Virus record (IMG/VR): IMGVR_UViG_3300029825_000013
Coordinates: 1-48,218 of that record
Length of the DNA stretch: 48,218 bases
Direction: 5' to 3' (one strand)
Source of the DNA: a virus
Taxonomy: Duplodnaviria > Caudoviricetes
Each line of letters opens with the position of its first letter. Position 1 is the stretch's first letter. Positions 26,672 through 36,386 of the stretch are shown one piece after another. Below the pieces are notes generated by a model that ran no database searches, had not been told where the DNA came from, and worked only from the letters and a program-made list of their open reading frames with translations. The position numbers were made by a program, and so were the translations under genes.

Positions 26672-26982
26672 TGGATACAGAGAAAATCACTCTTTTAGAA
26701 CAGGAAATAGCACAGGTAGAACAAGAAATTGTGACTATCAAAGAAGAACTGACTGAGGTTCAAGCACAGTTAGGGACTGGTGAACAGGAAGAAGCCATTG
26801 AAGGTGAAGTACCAACATTACCAGAACTTGACGAAGAAACAAAAGCAGAGTTGGAGGCTCGTGAATTAGAATTAATGCAGGAGTTAACGGCTAAGCAAAT
26901 GAAACTTACCGCTTTAAACAAGCAGTTAAATGATTTGAATAGTGGTAACGGTTTAACAACTTATTACGAAGGAGGTAACTAA
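26671..26982 (+). CDS. acidic coiled-coil hypothetical protein
   Basis: 103 aa, GGAGG RBS. Confidence 0.7.
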   Translation: MDTEKITLLEQEIAQVEQEIVTIKEELTEVQAQLGTGEQEEAIEGEVPTLPELDEETKAELEARELELMQELTAKQMKLTALNKQLNDLNSGNGLTTYYEGGN

Positions 26983-26984
26983 GT

Positions 26985-27464
26985 ATGGCAATGATTGACG
27001 TAGGTTTAAAACTAGAAATTGCAAGTGTGGCTGGTTCAACAGTACCAGTAGCGTCGTGGACAACATTGAAAGATTGTTCTGCGATGCCAGCACTGATTCA
27101 ACCTAGTTCAAAGATTCCGACTGACTTCATAGGTGATGAGTTTACAGGTGAAATGCTTGGTAAGAGGGCTATTAACGGTCTAGATTTCACGTTCGCATAT
27201 GATGGTGGCGGGACTGGTAAACAGTTTAGAGCATTATCAGATATGGACGATAACAACGAAGTTAGATGGTTTAGAGTTACTTACCCAGACGGAACGAAGT
27301 TCATTCTGTTAGTTGAATGTGAAGTTACATTAGTAGCACCAGCAGCAAGCACACAGATTGAGTATACTCTTTCCATTACACCGAAGAGAAACACTATTGG
27401 CGAACTTATCTTGGTAATTTACCCAGATGAAACAGACCCAACAGAGCCCGTTGAGGGAGACTAA
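26985..27464 (+). CDS. major tail (tube) protein
   Basis: LDFTFAYD, WFRVTYPDGT motifs; position. Confidence 0.75.
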   Translation: MAMIDVGLKLEIASVAGSTVPVASWTTLKDCSAMPALIQPSSKIPTDFIGDEFTGEMLGKRAINGLDFTFAYDGGGTGKQFRALSDMDDNNEVRWFRVTYPDGTKFILLVECEVTLVAPAASTQIEYTLSITPKRNTIGELILVIYPDETDPTEPVEGD

Positions 27465-27467
27465 AAG

Positions 27468-27522
27468 TCCAGTAACAGCGTGGGTAGATGAAAGCCTTTC
27501 TCACTACCCACAAGGTGCTGGA
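27468..27522 (+). promoter_or_regulatory. long intergenic RNA hairpin without a U tract
   Basis: GTGGGTAG/CTACCCAC and TCCAGT/GCTGGA stems. Confidence 0.5.
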
Positions 27523-27560
27523 ATTAAGAAAGGCGGAATAAAAGAGAAAGGAGATATACA

Positions 27561-27809
27561 ATGGAATTAAAACTAACAACCGTAAGAGCATTAAAGTACG
27601 AGGAAAAAACAGGTAACGACATTTTAGAGTTTATGAAGAAAGTAGCAGATACCGGACTTATTAAAATCAAAGATGTTTTAGAATTGTTTATGGCTTGTGG
27701 TGAAGGGTACAACGAAACCACATTTGATGCTTGGGATGCTTCATTTTCAGAAAAAGCCGTAGCAGTAATGGAAGCAGTTAAGGTGTACATACAAGGAAAA
27801 AACGTGTAA
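27561..27809 (+). CDS. tail assembly chaperone (gpG-like)
   Basis: between tail tube and tape measure; ends at a slippery site. Confidence 0.75.
   Translation: MELKLTTVRALKYEEKTGNDILEFMKKVADTGLIKIKDVLELFMACGEGYNETTFDAWDASFSEKAVAVMEAVKVYIQGKNV
27797..27803 (+). promoter_or_regulatory. -1 programmed ribosomal frameshift site A AAA AAC
   Basis: heptamer just before the stop; the -1 frame is open into 27827-28162. Confidence 0.8.
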
Positions 27810-27826
27810 GCCGTCTCACTAAACTG

Positions 27827-28162
27827 ATGGATGAGTTATACTACTATGGTTTAACACCAAGTGAGGCGAGAACTCTAACAGTAGGGGAGATGGCTTCTTT
27901 TATCAAACAAAACAGAAAGCGTGAGACAGATACCAACGAAGTAAACGCAAGTATTGCATATGCAGCAGGTATGGTAGCATCAATGTCAATGACAAAGAAA
28001 AGACCACGATTTGACCAACTCTTTAATTTTCCAAAAGAGGAAAAGGAAACAACAGCAGAAGAGGTTGAAATGAGTAAGGCAAGAATGGTACTTTGGGCAG
28101 AGACAGTAAACAGAAATGCAAGGAGGGAAAAGAAACGTGGACGACGAAAAGATAATAGTTGA
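27827..28162 (+). CDS. tail assembly chaperone, frameshifted gpGT C-terminal part
   Basis: -1 frame relative to 27561; GLTPSEA..LT..E motif; no strong own RBS. Confidence 0.75.
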   Translation: MDELYYYGLTPSEARTLTVGEMASFIKQNRKRETDTNEVNASIAYAAGMVASMSMTKKRPRFDQLFNFPKEEKETTAEEVEMSKARMVLWAETVNRNARREKKRGRRKDNS

Positions 28163-29558
28163 AGCCAGTCTTAGATTAGATACAACGGAAGCGAAAAAAC
28201 AACTAGAAAACTTGTCAGGAACAACCGGCACAGGTGCGGTTGAAGTTTCTTTGCCTAAGGATACAGAAATTAAAGTACCAAAAGAGGCAACAAAATCTTT
28301 TAAGGAAATATTTACTGGAGATAAAGGTCTGGCAAATGTCGGCAAGGTCGCAAGAGGGGCACTTGGTGGTATTAACGGATTAGCAGGTAGTATTTCAAGT
28401 TTGTTGCCAGCACTTGGTGCAGTAGCGGCAGCAATAATGTTAATAGTAAAACTTTTACAAGGTACTGACACACTGAAAGCCATAATGGAGCAATGGAATA
28501 GTCTTATGAATGCGGTGCAAGAGATAATGGCACCGTTATTATCGGTTGTAGGAGACATAGTTATAGTGCTCTTGCAAATGGTGGAAAGTATTCTACCAAT
28601 ATTACAACCAGCAATAGATATGTTAACTTTTCAATTAAGTATGTTAGCGCAGATACTAGAATTAATAACACCAGTAATAGAGTTCGTAGGTCAAGCCTTT
28701 ACATTCCTATGGGACATAATGAAAAACATTATTAGTGCTATAACTTTTGGATTGGTTAACTTAGGAACAGTACGAGGTAGCACAACAGGATTAAAAACAG
28801 AGAACACAAAAACAAGTTTAGACACTTGGGAAGTATCCGGAGAAGAGAAACCAACCGCAGGTGATAAACTCATTGCAGACACAGTAGCGGAAGGAACAAA
28901 AGCAACAGGTGGTTTCTTTACTAATTTAATAGATGGTGTAGTATCATTCTTTGAACCAATACTTAATGTATGGGCGGATATATTAAGAAGTATATGGGAC
29001 GTCATAATGAAAATTGTTGCACCAATAGCAGATGCAATTGTGGCAGTGTTAAACATAGTAGCATCAGCATTGAATGGTATCGCATCAGTCTTTAACGGTG
29101 TTGTAGGTGTAATTAAATCAATACTTGAACTGATTCAGTCAGCATTTAGTTTCTTGGCTGGAATAATCAACACAATTAAAAGTGGAATTAATACTTTTAT
29201 AATTGGACCTATTAACTGGATTTTAGGTAAGATTAAAGGTATAAACATATTGGGTGCTAAGCCTTTTGACTTTATTAAGTTAATACAAACATTTGCAGAC
29301 GGTGGTACACTTGGAGCACAGGTTTGGGGGATGAATGAAAAGGGCAACCCAGAGTTCTTGTTCAATTCAGGTGGTCACGATACAATTATTAATGCAAGGA
29401 TTTTAGAAGACGCGATGTATAACGCAATGGTAAGAGCGGCTGGAACAAGTTCAAAAGAGTTACAAGTTAGTGTTAAAGGGTCATCAAACTTGGGAGCAAG
29501 AGAATTGGCTAATTGGGTATTACCATACTTGAAGTTTAATTTAGGAGGCGGCAGGTAA
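28137..29558 (+). CDS. tape measure protein (short)
   Basis: GTG start behind AGGAGG; amphipathic helical repeats, C-terminal FADGG...E.G.PE. Confidence 0.8.
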   Translation: MDDEKIIVEASLRLDTTEAKKQLENLSGTTGTGAVEVSLPKDTEIKVPKEATKSFKEIFTGDKGLANVGKVARGALGGINGLAGSISSLLPALGAVAAAIMLIVKLLQGTDTLKAIMEQWNSLMNAVQEIMAPLLSVVGDIVIVLLQMVESILPILQPAIDMLTFQLSMLAQILELITPVIEFVGQAFTFLWDIMKNIISAITFGLVNLGTVRGSTTGLKTENTKTSLDTWEVSGEEKPTAGDKLIADTVAEGTKATGGFFTNLIDGVVSFFEPILNVWADILRSIWDVIMKIVAPIADAIVAVLNIVASALNGIASVFNGVVGVIKSILELIQSAFSFLAGIINTIKSGINTFIIGPINWILGKIKGINILGAKPFDFIKLIQTFADGGTLGAQVWGMNEKGNPEFLFNSGGHDTIINARILEDAMYNAMVRAAGTSSKELQVSVKGSSNLGARELANWVLPYLKFNLGGGR

Positions 29559-29559
29559 G

Positions 29560-30072
29560 ATGATAAAAATACAAGGGAAAGATATAACAACAGTTTCAGA
29601 CAGACAAGTAGTTATAGTTAGAACCTTTAAAGGTGAAATAGTTAGAACGAATTTAGGGGTAGTCACTGGTTACCCTTTGTCGTTTTTAACTGTTGGTGTA
29701 ACATTATCAATAACAGACACGAAAGAGAACATAAGAAAACTGGTACAAATTGTACTCGCACATAATATTATTAAGTTAGAGTGTGACTACAACGGTGTAC
29801 AGTTTTATGGTGATTTTTCAGTGACAAGTCACGAAGTACAAGATTTAAAAGATAAGGGTGAACGCTCGGCAGTACTATCAATTGAACTAGTAAGTCACGG
29901 AACAGCATTAACAAAACCTAACGGAACAAAGTTCACAGTAACATACGGTGGTAGTAGTGTGCAAGCAAACTTTGCACAGATAATTACTTTACCAGCAGGT
30001 TGGAAGTTGGGAGGGGCAACATTACCAAACAACAAGTTGTTAGTATTGGGTGATACCACTTTGGAGGCATAA
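29560..30072 (+). CDS. putative distal tail protein
   Basis: position after the tape measure, size. Confidence 0.5.
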   Translation: MIKIQGKDITTVSDRQVVIVRTFKGEIVRTNLGVVTGYPLSFLTVGVTLSITDTKENIRKLVQIVLAHNIIKLECDYNGVQFYGDFSVTSHEVQDLKDKGERSAVLSIELVSHGTALTKPNGTKFTVTYGGSSVQANFAQIITLPAGWKLGGATLPNNKLLVLGDTTLEA

Positions 30073-30073
30073 T

Positions 30074-32389
30074 ATGTTAAGAATAGATTTTAATTATAAT
30101 TATGAAGATGGTATGAGTTCAGGAATGTGTAGTGTGTACTCAGGTGAATCACTTATAGATTTTGAAGTTATAGCCGAGATGATAGGTTCTAGTTCAGCAT
30201 CTTATCAATTACCTAGATTGTCTGCAACAGTAAGTTTAGCATATAGCGAATCAGACCCAGATGACATTAGAAGTTTTTTTAGAAGCAACGCCAGGAAAGG
30301 TATGTTAGTAAGATTAACAGAAACAGAGTTAGGATACATATCTGACCCAAGTTACCCGAAGGATAGTGATTATTATTTTATTATAGAATCATTTGCACAC
30401 GATGAGGATGAAAGAACGGTACAAGTCGTATTAACTAGTTTAAGTACAGAGAGTGGGACAATTGTTCAATATGGTGGAAAGAAAACACCTTTGAGTTTTA
30501 CGCAACAGGCATTACAAGATTTAGGACTAGACAATGTAGTACGATTACCACTTGAGGAGTCAGAACAGGAAAATATTATTTGTGTTCAGAATGCAGAGCA
30601 AACACTTTTGTCGCTGGCTTGGGCATTTGACAATAAAAGGCATAACATAGGTTTTGCACCAGCAGCAGGTTTAGGTCTAACAAAAAATACGGTTTTAGTA
30701 CCAACACCAAGTAACCCAGTTGACGGAGTTCCAAGATATTCAATAGAGCCAGAACACGTGATAAACACGGCTAAACAACAACCAGAAGTTGTAGTATCAG
30801 ATGTATTAACTGGTACACTCACAAGTGGTTTACTTGTTCCAATTGTACCAATTGTTACAGCAACGGCACATTCAGATAAGACATTAAAAGATGTAATGCG
30901 GATACTTACAAAAGATGGTAAGTTAACTGGCTGGGCAGTAGCAACTGGACTGTCAGCGGATTTTTATACAAAAGATTACTTAGTCTTAGCCGGTAAATTA
31001 ACATTACAACAATATTACGGAGAGAAGACTTTTGGTATAACACCGGGTTATTTGAAACCGGCATACGGCGATGTGGTAAGAGGTAATTATGTATTAATTG
31101 GGGACAGTCCAACATATTATGTTACTTTTATAACAGAGAGTGGTGACACGTCATACGCTTTAGCGGTGGGACAAGTAACAGGTTTACAAGTTCCGTTTTC
31201 GTTGAATTATAATGACTTTGAAAAGAGGGCAGCATCAGGATTTAACGAATTAACTATTGATACAAATAAAACTATAATGTTAGCACCAAGAGTAGGCTCA
31301 CAAAGCATAGGAAGTAGTAATAACCCATTTTACATTTTAAAAACAACAAATGTAACAACAGGTGTACCAACATTTAGAGGTTGTGGTTTCTTTGACATAG
31401 ATATGTTAATTAATGGGATGTACCCTATTAAATCACATATGTTAGATGGTTTGGCATACATTTTACTAGCAGGAACAGATTACAGTTTAACAACAGCAAG
31501 GTTAGCAACAGTTGACCCAGTTAACCCAAACAGTGCAAGTACCATATACCCATTAAGTGGAGTGACATTTCCAGCAGGAACAGTGAATGATTGGTCACAG
31601 GTCACATATCACGATTTTGGGGATAGGGATGATGGAACAACGGGACATTATATCTTGTATAGCATACCGTCTGCAACAGCAGGAAGAACAATAGTAGTAT
31701 ATCAGTTATTAACACATACAGGTTCAAGTTACCCAGCATCAACAAGATACTACATTGAAGTACAAAACTTTTTAGGGGTACACTCTACCGGACGGGGTAA
31801 ACCTTTAATTATAGTAACAACGACTGGGTGGACTTCATATAACACTAAGTCAGCGGTAGGAAATTGGTTTTCAGTTACTGGCAGTGGAAGTTCAGCAAAT
31901 TGGGAAGGTGTAAACGAGGCATTTAGTAGTAAGGGTGACATATTTGTACTATCAAGAATAATAGATACAAATGGAACAAAAACAAGGTCAGTCTATTTAA
32001 TGTCAGGTGATAACCCGTTCTTACTGTCTTCGTTAGGGCAGTTAAAAGTACAGAATACTTTGTTGGCAAACATACCATACGACCCGAGAGACATATCATA
32101 TGTAATTGATTTACCAAATCTAAACGAAGGGAATAGAATACCTTTACTAGATAAGAAACTAGACATAGATGTGGCAGCGTTTAATTACAAGACAACAGAG
32201 GCTGGCTCTTGGTCAGAAGCAAGTCCACTAGATTTGAAAGTACCTTTAATTGGAACACTTTGCAGATACAAAATAAACCCAGATGATGAGTACAAGATTG
32301 GTATTATTTCAAAAACAAGGTTGAGATGGGATGGCTTATCAAGATTAACAATAACAGTGGTAGGGGTGGATACACCAACTAGTTTATAA
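30074..32389 (+). CDS. putative tail hub/baseplate protein with central insertion
   Basis: last structural gene; beta/Thr/Gly-rich; start moved to the ATG behind GGAGG. Confidence 0.55.
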   Translation: MLRIDFNYNYEDGMSSGMCSVYSGESLIDFEVIAEMIGSSSASYQLPRLSATVSLAYSESDPDDIRSFFRSNARKGMLVRLTETELGYISDPSYPKDSDYYFIIESFAHDEDERTVQVVLTSLSTESGTIVQYGGKKTPLSFTQQALQDLGLDNVVRLPLEESEQENIICVQNAEQTLLSLAWAFDNKRHNIGFAPAAGLGLTKNTVLVPTPSNPVDGVPRYSIEPEHVINTAKQQPEVVVSDVLTGTLTSGLLVPIVPIVTATAHSDKTLKDVMRILTKDGKLTGWAVATGLSADFYTKDYLVLAGKLTLQQYYGEKTFGITPGYLKPAYGDVVRGNYVLIGDSPTYYVTFITESGDTSYALAVGQVTGLQVPFSLNYNDFEKRAASGFNELTIDTNKTIMLAPRVGSQSIGSSNNPFYILKTTNVTTGVPTFRGCGFFDIDMLINGMYPIKSHMLDGLAYILLAGTDYSLTTARLATVDPVNPNSASTIYPLSGVTFPAGTVNDWSQVTYHDFGDRDDGTTGHYILYSIPSATAGRTIVVYQLLTHTGSSYPASTRYYIEVQNFLGVHSTGRGKPLIIVTTTGWTSYNTKSAVGNWFSVTGSGSSANWEGVNEAFSSKGDIFVLSRIIDTNGTKTRSVYLMSGDNPFLLSSLGQLKVQNTLLANIPYDPRDISYVIDLPNLNEGNRIPLLDKKLDIDVAAFNYKTTEAGSWSEASPLDLKVPLIGTLCRYKINPDDEYKIGIISKTRLRWDGLSRLTITVVGVDTPTSL

Positions 32390-32419
32390 AAGAAAGACGT
32401 CTTGGACGTTTTTTCTTTT
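32388..32419 (+). terminator. intrinsic terminator ending the structural operon
   Basis: AAAAGAAAGACGTC-ttg-GACGTTTTTTCTTTT. Confidence 0.8.
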
Positions 32420-32426
32420 GCTTAAA

Positions 32427-32438
32427 TCTCGTACAATA
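32427..32438 (+). promoter_or_regulatory. promoter motif variant TCTCGTACAATA
   Basis: one mismatch to the 12-mer; after a terminator and before an RBS. Confidence 0.7.
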
Positions 32439-32454
32439 GTAAAGGAGTAAGTTT

Positions 32455-32667
32455 ATGGATGAAGTATTAGAAAGAAAAGTAATCAAAAGGGCAGAGACCT
32501 ATTACGCACATAATGTTTATAACTCAAAGTTTGAATGTGTAAGAATGGCAATAGGTGAGTTAGTGTCGGTAGGTACATTAAGTGATATATTTACTTTATT
32601 TGATATCACACTAGACCAGTTAATAGAAAGCATTGTACCGAAGGTAGAGGATTATCGTACTATATAA
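32455..32667 (+). CDS. hypothetical protein
   Basis: 70 aa, AAGGAG RBS. Confidence 0.65.
   Translation: MDEVLERKVIKRAETYYAHNVYNSKFECVRMAIGELVSVGTLSDIFTLFDITLDQLIESIVPKVEDYRTI
32653..32664 (+). promoter_or_regulatory. promoter motif variant TATCGTACTATA
   Basis: one mismatch to the 12-mer, just upstream of an RBS. Confidence 0.5.
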
Positions 32668-32683
32668 TAGGAGGTAGGTAGCA

Positions 32684-32914
32684 TTGCAAAATAAACCGAG
32701 ACCAAATATTGCAGTTAATAGGATTAAACGAAATGCAACTAAGTTGTTGTTTTGTTGTTCTGTAATTAACTACGGTGTAAGCACGGAATACGATTTAATG
32801 GAAATGGCTAAAATAATTGACGACTTATACGAGGATTACACAAAACTACTAAAAGCACACAGGAGGCACAAGAGTGGACGAGATAGCAGCATTACTGACG
32901 GAAAAACCCGTTGA
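32684..32914 (+). CDS. hypothetical protein
   Basis: TTG start behind GGAGG. Confidence 0.55.
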   Translation: MQNKPRPNIAVNRIKRNATKLLFCCSVINYGVSTEYDLMEMAKIIDDLYEDYTKLLKAHRRHKSGRDSSITDGKTR

Positions 32915-34151
32915 TGTAGATTACTCATTATTTGAGAACACACCAGAGATAAAGTTTATAAAAGATTTTCAAACTAAGTATGGTATACTACCAGAACCGA
33001 AAGTATTTGAAAGGGAATTTAATATAGAATTACCAACGGCATTAGCACCGTGGGATTTTTATGTAACAAAGTTAAAAGAAGAAAAGTTCATTAAGGACGC
33101 TATACCAGCATTAACACACTTTAACGAGGAATATGACAAAGACCAAAAAAGGGCTTTACTAGAATTAAGAGAAAAATTAATGCAAATAGTGGAACCAACA
33201 ACAGGTATACATTACACGTCAATAACAGAAGATTTATCAAGATTTGAAAGATTCAAATCAACAGACAACACAAGAATTTTAACTGGTATAAAACCATTAG
33301 ATGATTTGTCTGGTGGTGTATCAAAGAAAGACGAATTTATGATAGTGACAGCACGTTTAGGTGTTGGTAAATCTTGGGTAGCATTAGCAATTGCAGCGAA
33401 TATGTGTATAAACGGTCATAAAGTTGCAGTGTACAGTGGTGAGATGACATCAGATGAAGTTGGTGCCAGAATAGACACATTTATTTCACACATTTCTAAC
33501 TTTGGAATAACAAGAGGAAAGAACATAGATTTAACAGAGCATTTTAGACGCTTACAGGAGATAAACGAAACAACAGGCAGGGTGTACGTATTGCATCCAA
33601 GCAATTTAGGTCGTAACGCTCAGCCAAGTGATATAAAAAGGTTTGTAAAAGATGTAGGAGCAGAGGTTGTAGTTATTGACCAAATCTCACTAATGAAACC
33701 AGATGGAAGAGCAAGTTTAATGTGGTCAACGGCAGATAGAGTAGCGGAATTATCTTTACAATTAAAAACATTACAGCAGGAATTACAGATACCATTAATA
33801 GCAGTAAACCAATTGAACCGTGGAGCGGCACAACAAGAAGCAGACGCAAGTAACTTGTCAGGTAGTGATAGGTTAGGTCAAGATGCAACACTTATTGTAT
33901 CACTTAAAAAGAAGGATGATTTACTAAGAATGAAGGTGTTAAAATCAAGAAGTTTTAGAACACCGGAGGAACCGTTTGAGTTTACTTGGGACATTGATAA
34001 AGGTATTATTGAACCGAGGTTATCAGCAATGGATGCAGTAAAGGCAAAAGTACAACAAGGTAAAGCACGTGAAGCAAGTAAGGAAATTGAAGACATAGAG
34101 GAAGGTGAACAACCAGCAGTAACACGTGATGAGGACGATGAAATATGGTAG
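32874..34151 (+). CDS. dnaB: replicative DnaB-like helicase
   Basis: TGIKPLD, ARLGVGKS Walker A, SGEM, VIDQISL, NQLNR, SD.LGQDA. Confidence 0.93.
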   Translation: MDEIAALLTEKPVDVDYSLFENTPEIKFIKDFQTKYGILPEPKVFEREFNIELPTALAPWDFYVTKLKEEKFIKDAIPALTHFNEEYDKDQKRALLELREKLMQIVEPTTGIHYTSITEDLSRFERFKSTDNTRILTGIKPLDDLSGGVSKKDEFMIVTARLGVGKSWVALAIAANMCINGHKVAVYSGEMTSDEVGARIDTFISHISNFGITRGKNIDLTEHFRRLQEINETTGRVYVLHPSNLGRNAQPSDIKRFVKDVGAEVVVIDQISLMKPDGRASLMWSTADRVAELSLQLKTLQQELQIPLIAVNQLNRGAAQQEADASNLSGSDRLGQDATLIVSLKKKDDLLRMKVLKSRSFRTPEEPFEFTWDIDKGIIEPRLSAMDAVKAKVQQGKAREASKEIEDIEEGEQPAVTRDEDDEIW

Positions 34152-34999
34152 ATAGCATTTTGGATGTGTTTCCAGACGCCCGAGTACATTCAGGTTATGC
34201 AAGAATAAGATGTCCGTATCATAAAGACGGAAAGGAAAAGAACCCATCAATGGGTATTTTATTGGAGAAGAGAAACAAGATGGAAGCAGGTACTTGTCAC
34301 TGTTTTACTTGCGGAAAGGTAGTTTCTCTTGAACAACTGTTCAAAGATGTAGGGGCAGCACCACAGAAAACCGTACGTAGAGGCGCTAGAACAGGTAAAA
34401 GGCTTAAACCCTTACAAACACACCAAGCAATGTATAAACCACAGATACCGTACAGGTTCTCACAGTATTTAGCCGGAAGGGGAATAGGTGAAAAGGTGCA
34501 AGAACTATTTAAGGTATATGAAAAAGATGGTAAGGTATATATACCAGTATTTGACAGGTCTGGAAAGTTTCTTTACTCAAATGCACGAAGTACAACCACG
34601 AAACTGTTTTTTGTTTCTGAGGATGCAGTAAAAACATTATGGGGGATAGAGGTGGTGGACTTATCAAAACCAATAGTTATATGTGAAAGCCAGATTGATG
34701 CAATGTCTTTATGGGAAGTGGGGATACAGGCAGTAAGCACACTTGGAGCAGATAACACGGCTTCGTTGAAAATGTTATTAGAATCAACAAGTACATTTAT
34801 ATTAGCATTTGACCCAGACGAGGCAGGTAGAAAGGCAACACAACAAGCCATAACTATTTTAGGTGCTTGGAGATGTTCATATGTTGATTTACCACAAAAG
34901 GTAGACATTAATCAGGCATTACAAGACATTGGAGACCATAACAAGTTTAAACAATTCATTTTAAGCAGAACAAAAAAGGTTAAAATTATCGTACAATAA
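34145..34999 (+). CDS. dnaG: DNA primase (CHC2 zinc finger + TOPRIM)
   Basis: CPYH...CFTC, CESQIDAMS, AFDPDEAG. Confidence 0.9.
   Translation: MVDSILDVFPDARVHSGYARIRCPYHKDGKEKNPSMGILLEKRNKMEAGTCHCFTCGKVVSLEQLFKDVGAAPQKTVRRGARTGKRLKPLQTHQAMYKPQIPYRFSQYLAGRGIGEKVQELFKVYEKDGKVYIPVFDRSGKFLYSNARSTTTKLFFVSEDAVKTLWGIEVVDLSKPIVICESQIDAMSLWEVGIQAVSTLGADNTASLKMLLESTSTFILAFDPDEAGRKATQQAITILGAWRCSYVDLPQKVDINQALQDIGDHNKFKQFILSRTKKVKIIVQ
34987..34998 (+). promoter_or_regulatory. phage-specific promoter motif TATCGTACAATA
   Basis: exact copy at the primase 3' end. Confidence 0.75.
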
Positions 35000-35024
35000 A
35001 TACAGAATAGAAGGAAAGCAGATA

Positions 35025-35150
35025 ATGAAAATAAAATTATTTAACAAGAATGATTGCCGATATAACTCTGCAAAGCCTGGGAAGTCAAAAAAGGCAAAGA
35101 GGTTAGCAAATAAACAATTTAGAAATAAGGTAGGAAAAATTGATGATTAA
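35025..35150 (+). CDS. small basic protein (41 aa, below the ORF-track cutoff)
   Basis: AAGGA RBS; MKIKLFNKNDCRYNSAKPGKSKKAKRLANKQFRNKVGKIDD. Confidence 0.5.
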   Translation: MKIKLFNKNDCRYNSAKPGKSKKAKRLANKQFRNKVGKIDD

Positions 35151-35511
35151 AAAGTATATTTTATTAACGCAAGGGTTTGCAGTACACCAAACGCCAGATA
35201 AAGAAGAAGCGGAGAAAATGGTGGAAGCAGACAACGAGGAGTATTTAAAATACGTGGAACATTGTATCAATGAGTGGGAACCGTATGCTGATACGTCTCT
35301 TAGTATGGTGGAAGAAGAGATGACACAACAGGATGTTATCAACCTTTACAAAGAGAACAATAATAATTATGCAGGATTAAGAAAGGCATTAAGCAAACTT
35401 TACGAACTGACAGGGGCATTCAATGAAATGGAATACACCGAGTTTGCAGAGGATGTAAAATTAGTGATAAAGGAAATAGAGGAGGAATTTCTTTATGAGA
35501 GAGATATTTAA
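35140..35511 (+). CDS. hypothetical acidic protein
   Basis: 123 aa. Confidence 0.65.
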   Translation: MMIKKYILLTQGFAVHQTPDKEEAEKMVEADNEEYLKYVEHCINEWEPYADTSLSMVEEEMTQQDVINLYKENNNNYAGLRKALSKLYELTGAFNEMEYTEFAEDVKLVIKEIEEEFLYERDI

Positions 35512-36082
35512 AGCAGAGGATGTACTTGAAAAGTTAAGGCTAGCACACGACGAGATTAAATCACACAGATTTAGAGAAATCTTTTATGATGAGTTTGCAG
35601 TTGGCTGGAAAGCAGGATTGAGAGATTACAGTAGTAAGATTTACAAATTAACGGAACTGTTATGTGACTTAGCATACAGAACAGAAGAGTACAAACACTT
35701 ACAGCCAGATATGTGGTGGGTTCATAATTTTAGAAGTGACTATTCCATAGTTAACGCAATACTGGAACAAAAGAGTTACCATATTAAACGTATGGAATTA
35801 CAGTCAAAAACAAACTTGTCAACGGTTGGTGATTTAATGGTACATTGGGATAAGTTTATTTCATACTTACACAGGTTTTTAGATACAAATGAATTTACTA
35901 ACTGTGTGCACATTGATTATGAACTTGAAGCAATTCCACACAATGGTTATTATTTTTATCACTCGGCTGAATATGCAAAGATTAATGGTAAGTGGGTACT
36001 AACTAAACCAATTAACTATGTAAAGAAGGGTTATTTGGAAGCAATTGAAAAGTACAGAGAAAGTAGAAGGAGAGGTGACTAA
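35495..36082 (+). CDS. hypothetical protein
   Basis: 195 aa, GAGGAGG RBS. Confidence 0.7.
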   Translation: MREIFKAEDVLEKLRLAHDEIKSHRFREIFYDEFAVGWKAGLRDYSSKIYKLTELLCDLAYRTEEYKHLQPDMWWVHNFRSDYSIVNAILEQKSYHIKRMELQSKTNLSTVGDLMVHWDKFISYLHRFLDTNEFTNCVHIDYELEAIPHNGYYFYHSAEYAKINGKWVLTKPINYVKKGYLEAIEKYRESRRRGD

Positions 36083-36083
36083 G

Positions 36084-36386
36084 ATGGAAGAAAAAACAAT
36101 TTACTTATGTCGTGTAAGTGGTGGTCAGTACGAAGACAAATGGGAAAGTATTCATTTAGCAACCAATGATGAGCAAGTAGCGAAAGATTGGGTAAAAGCA
36201 CAACAACAAAAAGAAGAAGAAAGACGTAATCGTTATGATTTATTTTTAGATAAGTACAACAAGGGTCAACCTTTAACCAAAGATGAAGAGGATTATTTAG
36301 ATAATACTTGGTTTGAAGATGACACTTATTACAACTATTTTAAAGTATCATACATTGAAAAGTTAAAGGAAGGAGAAGAGGCATAA
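36084..36386 (+). CDS. hypothetical protein
   Basis: start moved to ATG 36084 behind GAGG. Confidence 0.65.
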   Translation: MEEKTIYLCRVSGGQYEDKWESIHLATNDEQVAKDWVKAQQQKEEERRNRYDLFLDKYNKGQPLTKDEEDYLDNTWFEDDTYYNYFKVSYIEKLKEGEEA

